From NCBI GenBank assembly GCA_044222185.1, contig JBGANV010000002.1, positions 282,061-346,060 on the forward strand: 64,000 nt of DNA, given 5' to 3'. Shown in pieces: positions 1 through 7,986 of this stretch (positions within the stretch are counted from its first letter, which is position 1; every line of letters starts with the position of its first letter). Under the pieces are notes generated by a model, which saw only the letters and a list, made by a program, of their open reading frames with translations, did no database searches and had not been told where the DNA came from. The position numbers were made by a program, and so were the translations under genes. The DNA comes from Planctomycetota bacterium. Lineage in GTDB: Bacteria > Planctomycetota > GCA-002687715 > CAIWVZ01.

Positions 1-139
1 GCCTTGACGGGCATGGCGCACCCTGGCCCAAACAGCCGCGGCCCGCAGGACCGTCCCGCGGGCCGTGCTGAAACATGCGCATGTTGATACGAAGATGCGC
101 ATAAACATCCAGCTCCCCCCGCGAGATTTTCTCGCCGCC

Positions 140-1390
140 GCTCGGAACGCCACGCTCGGCGTGGCCGGTTGGCGAGACCGCCGGGCTCTCAATCGCGGCG
201 AGGTGGGCCGGACGACGCGCCCGCTCTGGCACCGCACGCGGCGGGTTCCCGGCAGGGCGGGAGCCCTGCCGTCCAGCCGCGTGAAACGCGGCGCTCCGGA
301 ACGCCACGCTCGGCGTGGCCAGTTGGCGAGACCGCCGGGCTCGCCGGGGAATCGCCCGCGAGGTCTCAATCGCGGCGAGGTGGGCCGGACGACGCGCCCG
401 CTCTGGCATCGCACGCGGCGGGTTCCCGGCAGGGCCGGAGCCCTGCCGTCCAGCCGCGTGAAACGCGGCGCTCCGGAGCGCCACGCTCGGCGTGGCCGGT
501 TGGCGAGACCTCCGGGCTCGCCGGGGAATCGCCCGCGAGGTCTCGATCGCGGCGAGGTGTGCCGGACGACGCGCCCGCTCTGGCATCGCACGCGGCGAGT
601 TCCCGGCAGGGCGGGAGCCCTGCCGTCCAGCCGCGTGAAACGCGGCGCTCCGGAACGCCACGCTCCGCGTGGCCGGTTGGCGAGACCGCCGGGCTCGCCG
701 GGGAATCACCCACGAGGTCTCAATCGCGGCGAGGTTGCCGCGCGACGCGCCCGCTCTGGCATCGCACTCGGCGGGTTCCCGGCAGGGCGGGAGCCCTGCC
801 ATCCAGCCGCGTGAAACGCGGCGCTCCGGAACGCCACGCTCGGCGTGGCCGGTTGGCGAGACCTCCGGGCTCGCCGGGGAATCGCCCGCGAGGTCTCAAT
901 CGCGGCGAGGTTGCCGCGCGACGCGCCCGCTCTGGCATCGCACGCGGCGAGTTCCCGGCAGGGCGGGAGCCCTGCCGTCCAGCCGCGTGAAACGCGGCGC
1001 TCCGGAACGCCACGCTCCGCGTGGCCGGTTGGCGAGACCTCCGGGCTGCCGGGGAATCGCCCGCGAGGTCTCAATCGCGGCTGCCGCGCGACGCGCCCGC
1101 TCTGGCATCGCACGCGGCGGTTCCCGGCAGGGCGGGACGAGCCGCGTGGTCTCGGAACGCCACGCTCCGCGTGGTTGGCGAGACCGCCGGGCTCGCCGGG
1201 GATCGCCCGCGAGGTCTCGATCGCGGCGAGGTGGGCCGGACGACGCGCCCGCGCTGGCATCGCACGCGGCGGGTTCCCGGCAGGGCTGGAGCCCTGCCGT
1301 CCAGCCGCGTGAAACGCGGCGCTCCGGAACGCCACGCTCCGCGTGGCCGGTCGGCGAGACCGCCGGGCTCGCCGAGATTGACGGCCGGCG
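140..1390. repeat. Tandem array of about 7 copies of a ~177-bp hairpin-rich unit in an intergenic position
   Basis: Units such as 298-475, 476-653, 654-830 and 831-1007 align almost base for base with scattered SNPs. Each unit carries several short inverted repeats (ggcagggcgggagccctgcc, cgcgtgaaacgcg, gccacgctcggcgtggc, ggcgagaccgccgggctcgcc). The first unit carries a 23-bp deletion and the unit at about 1081-1200 is degenerate. ORFs occur in all six frames and give Arg-rich nonsense. Confidence 0.85.
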
Positions 1391-1491
1391 CCGCACCAGC
1401 GCCGGCGGAGTCAGCCTCGGGCGCGGTCATTGCACGCGGCGGTCCGGAACCTGGACAGCTCTCGGCTGTTCTGTTGCAGTGAGACTGCCTT

Positions 1492-4299
1492 ATGAGACTT
1501 CCCGTCGCCGCGAGTTCGTTGCTCATCCTGATGCCCGCCATCCTCGCCGCGCAGGACTCGCGCTCATCGATTCCGCAAGCGTCGCGCGCTCCCACGGACT
1601 TGGCACGCGCGTTCGACCGCTACACCAACCACGTCCGCACCCGGTGGGATGACAGTCTCTTCTTCGTCGAGTCCGACGGCATTCCCGACCACCAGATGAT
1701 GGTGGGCATCACGGCGTGGCAGCAGCAGGTCCCATTGCCCCAGGTCTACACGGGTCAGAACGCGTGGCAGTTCCCCCTTCGACCGGCGGTCGCCGCGAAC
1801 CCGACCTCGGCGCGCACGCACTTCTTCCGCGGAGCCATCGCCATCGCCGTGAACGGGGTACCGATCTTCAACCCCATCAAGAACGACGGGACGACGGACA
1901 CGTTTCTCGCTGGCGAGCTCGACCTCTTCGGCGGCCACTCCGGTCGCGCAGACGACTACCACTACCACCTGGCGCCCGCGTTCCTGAACGCGGAGGACCC
2001 GGCCAAGCCCGTGGCCTACGCGCTCGACGGCTACCCCATCTTCGGGTTCAAGGAGCCGGACGGCTCGCCCACTCGCGCACTCGATCCCTTCAATGGCCAC
2101 GATGACCCGAAGCTCGGGTACCACTATCACGCGACGAAATCGTACCCCTACCTGAACGGCGGCTTCCACGGCGAGGTCACCGAGCGCGAGGGCCAGGTCG
2201 ATCCGCAGCCCCATGCGCATCCGATCCGCCCGGCGACGACTCCGCTGCGTGGCGCTCGCATCACGGACTTCAGGACCCTGGCCAGTGGCAAGTCCTTCGA
2301 GCTCACCTACGAGCAGGCCGGCAAGACGGGATCCGTGCACTACACGATCGTCGGCGACGGGACACACCGGTTCACCTTCACGAACACGGACGGCACGACA
2401 CACGAGGAAACCTACGCCGCCGGTCCCGTGCGCGCAGCCACGCCCGCGCCCGCGTCCCGCCCCACCGACCGCCCCAAGCCGCCACGCGGCGGACCGGACC
2501 CTGCCGATCCGAATCGCAAGCCGTGGATCGTCGACCACGTGGCAGAGATGGACCAGAACCACGACGGAGTCCTCACACGGGCCGAGATGACGACCGAGAT
2601 CCGAACGACGTTCACCGGCTACGACCGCGACGCGGACGGCAAGGTCACGGCCGCCGAGCGCGACACCCGCGACGGCGTCCGATCGGCCATGGGCGGGTTC
2701 GTGCGTGCGCACTGGGCCGAAGTCGACGCAGACCACGACGGCTCGGTCACCGCGGACGAACTCGAGCGGAGTGGCCTGTCCATGTTCGACAAGGCGGATC
2801 GGGATGGGAACGCATCCCTCTCCGCCGCTGAGCTCACTCAGCAGGCCCCGGCGCCGCCACAGGACGCGGGCCCCGCCAGCCGTCCCGCGCGCGGCGGCGG
2901 TCAGCGGCGCGGTGAGGGCCGAGGCGCCGAATCACGCCGGACGACGCGCGCGCGCCCACCGGATGGATTCCGCCTCGACGTTCCGAACCGTCCCTTCGAT
3001 CTGATCCTGACGCGCCCGACGAAGACTTCGATCACCGCCAGTCTCTACACCGCCGAGGACCTCGAAGGGTTCATCGAGTTCGGGCCCGAAGGAATTCGCG
3101 AGCGCAAGAAGTCACCCGTCCGGACGTTCTCCGCGGGCAAGCCCGCAGAGATCCTCATGGACGGCCTGAACGCCGACACGGCCTGCACGTATCGCTTCTT
3201 CCATCGCGCCGCCGGCACCAACGCCACGGACTTCGAGGGCAGCGAACCCAAGACGTTCCACACGCAGCGAGCGCGCGGCCAGTCCTTCGAATTCACCGTC
3301 CAGGCGGATTCGCACCTGGATCCCGGCACCGATCTCGCCGTGTACACCCGCACGCTCCAAAACGTCGTGATGGATCATCCGGACTTTCACGTCGACCTCG
3401 GCGACACGTTCATGACGGACAAACGCCGCGGCAACTTCCGTACGGCCCTGCTCCAATACCAGGCGCAGCGGTGGTACTTCGGGATCGTCGGTGTGGCTTC
3501 GCCGGTCTTCCTCACGGTCGGCAACCACGACGGCGAGATCGGCTGGCGCGATCAGGGCGATGCCAACGACATGCCTCACTGGTCGAATGCGCAGCGCAAG
3601 CTGTACTTCCCCGGGCCCGAACCCGGTGGGATCTACACCGGCAACACCACGCCGGATGCCGTGAACGGCCTGCTCCAGAACTACTACGCGTTCGAATGGG
3701 GCGATGCGCTCTTCGTCGTGCTCGACCCGTTCTGGGCGACGCGCGATCACCGAGGCAAGGCCGATGACCGGTGGTCGTGGACACTCGGCGAAGCGCAGTA
3801 TCGCTGGCTCACGAAAACCGTCACCGAGAGCCGAGCGAAGTTCAAATTCGTGTTCATCCACCACCTGGTCGGCGGGGCCGACGCCGAAGCCCGCGGCGGT
3901 TCGGAGGCGTCCGTGTTCGGCGAATGGGGCGGACGTGACGCTGACGGCACGCTCGCGTTCCCACAGCGCCGGCGTGGATGGGACGCGCCGATTCACGACC
4001 TGCTGCGCCGCGCCGGCGTGCAGGTCGTGTTCCACGGGCACGACCACTTCTTCGCGGAGCAGGATCGGGACGGCATCGTCTATCAACTCGTGCCGCAGCC
4101 CGGACACCTGGGCAACGATGCCGAGAAGATGGCCGCCGAATATGGCTATGCGTCAGGCACGATCCTCCCCCCGCCCGGGTACATGCGCGTGCGCGTCGCG
4201 CCCGAGGCGTCGGTGGTCGAGTTCGTACGCTCATCGGTGCGTGATGCCCGGTCGAACGGCCGCGTGGTTCATTCCTACACCCTGACGGCGCCGAAGTGA
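1492..4299 (+). CDS. Secreted multidomain protein: YHYH domain, four EF-hand-like DxDxDG loops, and a purple-acid-phosphatase-like metallophosphoesterase
   Basis: N-terminal signal peptide MRLPVAASSLLILMPAILAAQ. YHYH signatures GGHSGRADDYHYHLAP and GYHYHATKSYPYLNGGFHG. EF-hand-like loops DQNHDGVLTRAE, DRDADGKVTAAE, DADHDGSVTADE and DRDGNASLSAAE. The C-terminus carries calcineurin-like motifs GDTFMTD, GNHD and GHDHFF. A G/R-rich low-complexity linker lies at about aa 450-490. Confidence 0.7.
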   Translation: MRLPVAASSLLILMPAILAAQDSRSSIPQASRAPTDLARAFDRYTNHVRTRWDDSLFFVESDGIPDHQMMVGITAWQQQVPLPQVYTGQNAWQFPLRPAVAANPTSARTHFFRGAIAIAVNGVPIFNPIKNDGTTDTFLAGELDLFGGHSGRADDYHYHLAPAFLNAEDPAKPVAYALDGYPIFGFKEPDGSPTRALDPFNGHDDPKLGYHYHATKSYPYLNGGFHGEVTEREGQVDPQPHAHPIRPATTPLRGARITDFRTLASGKSFELTYEQAGKTGSVHYTIVGDGTHRFTFTNTDGTTHEETYAAGPVRAATPAPASRPTDRPKPPRGGPDPADPNRKPWIVDHVAEMDQNHDGVLTRAEMTTEIRTTFTGYDRDADGKVTAAERDTRDGVRSAMGGFVRAHWAEVDADHDGSVTADELERSGLSMFDKADRDGNASLSAAELTQQAPAPPQDAGPASRPARGGGQRRGEGRGAESRRTTRARPPDGFRLDVPNRPFDLILTRPTKTSITASLYTAEDLEGFIEFGPEGIRERKKSPVRTFSAGKPAEILMDGLNADTACTYRFFHRAAGTNATDFEGSEPKTFHTQRARGQSFEFTVQADSHLDPGTDLAVYTRTLQNVVMDHPDFHVDLGDTFMTDKRRGNFRTALLQYQAQRWYFGIVGVASPVFLTVGNHDGEIGWRDQGDANDMPHWSNAQRKLYFPGPEPGGIYTGNTTPDAVNGLLQNYYAFEWGDALFVVLDPFWATRDHRGKADDRWSWTLGEAQYRWLTKTVTESRAKFKFVFIHHLVGGADAEARGGSEASVFGEWGGRDADGTLAFPQRRRGWDAPIHDLLRRAGVQVVFHGHDHFFAEQDRDGIVYQLVPQPGHLGNDAEKMAAEYGYASGTILPPPGYMRVRVAPEASVVEFVRSSVRDARSNGRVVHSYTLTAPK

Positions 4300-4348
4300 T
4301 GGCCAAGGGCGACGCGTCGGGCTGGAGCGCTCACAGGAGCTTTTTCGC

Positions 4349-5794
4349 ATGATCCTTCTTCGGTGGAGCCTCGCGGCGCTCGCAGCGGCGTTCACGCTTC
4401 TGCGCACCGTTCCGCCCGAGGACACGATCAACCAGATCCTGGGCCGTCCCACGGATCGATCCATCACGCTGAGCGTCCTGTCGTCCGCCGAGATCGAGGC
4501 CTACGTCGAGTTCGGCAAGACGCGGCAGACCTGGGATGGCAAGACCGCCACTACGATCGTGAAGGCCAACGCTCCCACTGAGATCGAGTTGAAGGGGCTT
4601 CAACCGAACACCCGCTACGTGTACCGCCTGATGTCGCGACATCCGGGCGAGCCCGGATATCGCGCCGGGACGGAAGGCACGTTCCACACGCAGCGGGCGC
4701 CGGGCAGCACCTACACGTTCGCCCTGCAGGGCGATTCCCACCCGGAACGTTCGGGAAAGATGTACGGCGCCGACCTCTACCGCGTGACGATGCAGAACGT
4801 GGCGAAGGACCCACCCGACTTCTACATCACCCTCGGCGATGATTTCAGCATCGAGCGTCTCATCAGCCGCAAGACGATCGATCAAACCGGCGTAGATCGC
4901 GTCTACGCGCATCAGCGGCCGTTTCTCTCCATGGTCGGTTCGTCGTCGTCGCTCTTCCTCGTGAATGGCAATCACGAACAGGCGGCCCGCTATCTCCTGG
5001 ATGGCACGCCGAACAATCCGGCGGTGATGGCCGGCCGGGCGCGCACCAGGTATTTCCCGCTCCCCGCGCCCGATGGGTTCTACACGGGCGACGAGGAGAT
5101 GGTCGACCACATCGGCCTCCTGCGTGATTACTACGCGTGGAGTTGGGGCGATGCGCTGTTCGTGGTGATCGATCCTTACTGGCACTCGTCCGTCGCCGTC
5201 GACAACGAGGCCGGAGCCGAGCATCAGGACAAGGACGCGAAGTCGAAAGGGCGGCGCGACCAATGGGACATCACGCTGGGTGATGCTCAATACAAATGGC
5301 TGACGAAGACGCTGACGGAGAGCCGCGCGCGTTTCAAATTCGTGTTCTCACATCACGTGCTCGGCACGGGCCGCGGTGGCGTGGAATGCGCGACGGGCTT
5401 CGAGTGGGGCGGTCTCGATCGGCGTGGAGTCTCCGCGTTCGCGCAGAAGCGGCCCGGATGGGAACTTCCCATCCACCAGCTCATGGTGAAGACCGGCGTG
5501 ACGATCTTCTTCCAGGGGCACGATCACATCTATGCGCGTCAGGAGTTGGATGGCGTCGTGTATCAGTCGACGCCCAATCCGGCCGACTCCACGTATACGG
5601 CGTTCAATCGGCAGGCCTATCGCTCCGGTGACGTACTGCCCAACTCCGGGCACCTGCGAGTCACCGTGGCGCCCGAATCCGTGCGCGTGGATTACGTTCG
5701 CTCGTTCCTGCCGAAGGACGAGACGGAGAAGGTGCGAAACGGCGAGGTGGCTCACAGCTACACCGTGAAGGCGCGGTTTCCTGTTGGGAAATGA
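4349..5794 (+). CDS. Secreted purple-acid-phosphatase-like metallophosphoesterase, a paralog of the C-terminal domain of the upstream gene
   Basis: Signal peptide MILLRWSLAALAAAFTLL. Motifs GDSHPE, GDDFSIE, GNHE and GHDHIYAR. It lies 50 bp downstream of the previous gene on the same strand. Its C-terminal 300 aa are similar to 1492..4299 (for example FKFVFIHHLVGG versus FKFVFSHHVLGTG). Confidence 0.7.
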   Translation: MILLRWSLAALAAAFTLLRTVPPEDTINQILGRPTDRSITLSVLSSAEIEAYVEFGKTRQTWDGKTATTIVKANAPTEIELKGLQPNTRYVYRLMSRHPGEPGYRAGTEGTFHTQRAPGSTYTFALQGDSHPERSGKMYGADLYRVTMQNVAKDPPDFYITLGDDFSIERLISRKTIDQTGVDRVYAHQRPFLSMVGSSSSLFLVNGNHEQAARYLLDGTPNNPAVMAGRARTRYFPLPAPDGFYTGDEEMVDHIGLLRDYYAWSWGDALFVVIDPYWHSSVAVDNEAGAEHQDKDAKSKGRRDQWDITLGDAQYKWLTKTLTESRARFKFVFSHHVLGTGRGGVECATGFEWGGLDRRGVSAFAQKRPGWELPIHQLMVKTGVTIFFQGHDHIYARQELDGVVYQSTPNPADSTYTAFNRQAYRSGDVLPNSGHLRVTVAPESVRVDYVRSFLPKDETEKVRNGEVAHSYTVKARFPVGK

Positions 5795-5859
5795 CTGCTG
5801 GACCGGATCCGCTCTGGGCGCGCGGCGGCGATGTCAGACGCGATCATTGCTCGGTGCGG

Positions 5860-6266
5860 GTTCCCGGCAGGGCTGGAGCCCTGCCATCCAGCCGCGTGAA
5901 ACGCGGCGTTCCGGAACGCCACGCTCCGCGTGGCCGGTTGGCGAGACCTCCGGGCTCGCCGGGGAATCACCCGCGAGGTCTCAATCGCGGCAAGGTGGGC
6001 CGGACGACGCGCCCGCTCTGGCATCGCACGCGGCGGGTTCCCGGCAGGGCTGGAGCCCTGCCGTCCAGCCGCGTGAAACGCGGCGCTCCGGAACGCCACG
6101 ATCCGCGTGGCCGGTTGGCGAGACCTCCGGGCTCGCCGGGGAATCACCCACGAGGTCTCAATCGCGGCGAGGTGGGCCGGACGACGCGCCCGCGCTGGCA
6201 TCGCACGCGGCGGGTTCCCGGCAGGGCCGGAGCCCTGCCGTCCAGCCGCGTGAAACGCGGCGCTCC
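5860..6266. repeat. About 2.4 further copies of the same ~177-bp hairpin-rich unit, between convergent genes
   Basis: Nearly identical to the units at 140-1390 (ggcagggctggagccctgcc...cgcgtgaaacgcggcg...ggcgagacctccgggctcgcc). Confidence 0.85.
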
Positions 6267-7375
6267 TATTTCTGCGGGCGCGTCGCGGGGGGTACGCGCG
6301 GCGGCGCGGTGCGGGACAACGCTTGGAGGAATGCAACGAGAGAGTCGACGTCGTCGTCCGTGAGATCGACCGGGCGGAGCAGCGGATCGAGTGCCGGATT
6401 CGCCCCGCCGCCGCGGGCATAGAACGTGACGACGTCGCGCAGCGTCGCGAGGCTGCCGTCGTGCATGTACGGCGGCGACAGGGCGACACCGCGAAGCGAC
6501 GGCGTCTTGAACCGGCCCAGGTCGTCGGCCGACCGGGTGATCGCGGCGCGGCCGGGCTCGGGCCGGCCGTCGATGACGCCCACGCCAGTGTTGTGGAAGC
6601 TCTCGTCGGTGAAGTTCGCGCCCGAGTGGCAACGCCAGCAACCGCCCTTGCTCTCGTAGATCCACAGCCCGGTCCGTTCAGGGCGCGTGAGCGCTTCCAC
6701 CTCACCGATGCGGAAGCGATCGATCGGGCTGTCGCCGATCAGCAACGTCCTAACGTGCGTCGCGAGCGCGTGAGCCACGCCAGCCCCATCGGGCGGCCCC
6801 CCGAACGCGGTCTCGAACGCCGCCACGTACTCCGGGTTCTCGCCGATTCTCCGGACGACCCCCGCCAGGCTGAATCCCATCTCGTCCTCGGCCGCGATCG
6901 GAGCGACGACCTGCTCCTCCAGCGTGCTCGCCCGGCCATCCCAGAAGTAACGGACACCGAATGCGCGATTGAATAGCGACGGCGCATTGCGATGCGTCGT
7001 GCGCCCGTTCACGCCGCGCGAATGCGGGCGCGAATCCGCGAACCCATGATCGGGCAAGTGACACGATCGACACGCGATGGAGCCGTCCACCGACAGGGCC
7101 GGGTCGTCGAAAAGCCTCCGGCCCAATTCGGCCTTCTCGAGCGACCAGGGATTGGTCGGTGGGAACTCCAATGCCGCCGCAAGTCCGAAAGGCGGGGCGG
7201 GTTCGCCCTTGGCTGTCGCGGGGCGCGAATCCTGCGCGGGCATTCCGCCGCAGATCGACATCACCGTCACATAGACGAGGATCCGCGAATTCGCGGAGCG
7301 CGGCGCTGACCGACTGACCGCACGGTGCTCGTCCGTCGATGGCGTGGACGCCCGCGCATGGGTGGATACAGGCAT
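6266..7375 (-). CDS. Di-haem cytochrome c peroxidase (CCP/MauG family)
   Basis: Two CxxCH haem motifs (CRSCHLP and CWRCHSG). Family-typical stretches FDDPALSVDGSIACRSCH, FWDGRASTLEEQ and SFHNTGVG. The start is uncertain: a long Arg-rich N-region precedes the hydrophobic ILVYVTVMSIC segment, and alternative starts are the in-frame ATGs at 7261 and 7243 (MSICGGMPAQ). Confidence 0.8.
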   Translation of the reverse strand: MPVSTHARASTPSTDEHRAVSRSAPRSANSRILVYVTVMSICGGMPAQDSRPATAKGEPAPPFGLAAALEFPPTNPWSLEKAELGRRLFDDPALSVDGSIACRSCHLPDHGFADSRPHSRGVNGRTTHRNAPSLFNRAFGVRYFWDGRASTLEEQVVAPIAAEDEMGFSLAGVVRRIGENPEYVAAFETAFGGPPDGAGVAHALATHVRTLLIGDSPIDRFRIGEVEALTRPERTGLWIYESKGGCWRCHSGANFTDESFHNTGVGVIDGRPEPGRAAITRSADDLGRFKTPSLRGVALSPPYMHDGSLATLRDVVTFYARGGGANPALDPLLRPVDLTDDDVDSLVAFLQALSRTAPPRVPPATRPQK

Positions 7376-7477
7376 CGCCGGAGCCTATCACAACGCACTT
7401 GCGGCGTGTCCGGCGCATGCGCGCGGGCGTCGCCTGCGGGCCGCGCTCGAGAGCGCGGCCTGCCAGCCGCCGACGGA

Positions 7478-7773
7478 TCAGACCGACTTGGCGGTCTTGC
7501 GGGCGGCCTTCTTCGCCGGAGCCTTCTTCGCTTTGGGTTTGGCGGCGGGCTTGGCCGCGGCGGGCTTGGCGGGGGCGGCCATCACCGGAGCGGGAGCGGC
7601 CTTCGCAGCCTTCGCGGCCTTCTTGGCGCGCGTCTCGACCTCGGCCTTCGACGTCTTGGCGAGGTCCGCGCGGTGTGAGCGCTCGAACGTCTGGATGTCC
7701 TTGAACTGCCCTTCGGCGCTGCGAACGGCGTAGAGCTTCTTACCGGCTGAGCTGCGGTGGGTCGTGCGCTTCA
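7478..7773 (-). CDS. Small Lys/Ala/Pro-rich histone-H1-like (AlgP-type tail) basic protein
   Basis: ATG at 7773 follows a GGGGAGA ribosome-binding site. The C-terminal tail is KKAAKAAKAAPAPVMAAPAKPAAAKPAAKPKAKKAPAKKAARK. The antisense +strand ORF 7344..7733 is rejected. Confidence 0.55.
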
Positions 7774-7986
7774 TCTGCTTGAGTCTCCCCTGGAGTTCTC
7801 GATCACGATGGATCGGGAACGATCGCGTCGAACACGTATGCGCGTCGCAAACCAACGACGCGACGGCGCAGTCTACTTGCTGCGTGCATGCATGTCACCG
7901 GTGAAACGGCCGCGTTCATGCGCGGCATCGTCACGAATCACGACGGGCACCAGTCGTGCTATGACTCGCGCACGAAAGGAACGCTC

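Noticed and set aside
140-1390. Possible CRISPR array, given the regularly spaced repeats at the window start
   Set aside because: The whole ~177-bp unit repeats with no unique spacers between copies. The unit is far longer than CRISPR repeats (28-37 bp). No cas genes are present in the window.
1453-1471. Sigma-54-like element cGGCTGttctgTTGCA upstream of the YHYH/phosphoesterase gene
   Set aside because: The GG-N10-GC spacing is right, but the -24 box is poor (GGCTG versus GGCAC). The -12 box would leave only about 9 nt of leader with no ribosome-binding site before ATG 1492. It is kept only as a remark, not called as a feature.
65-1652. Long ORFs in all six frames across the tandem repeat (for example 65..814, 169..990, 669..1652, 706..1335) and similar ORFs at 5758..6705, 5784..6422, 10889..11461, 10955..11491 and 41295..41709
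   Set aside because: They read through palindromic repeat DNA and give Arg/Pro/Gly-rich low-complexity translations. The same repeats are intergenic at other loci. Both strands are open simultaneously, which is an artefact of ~70% GC.
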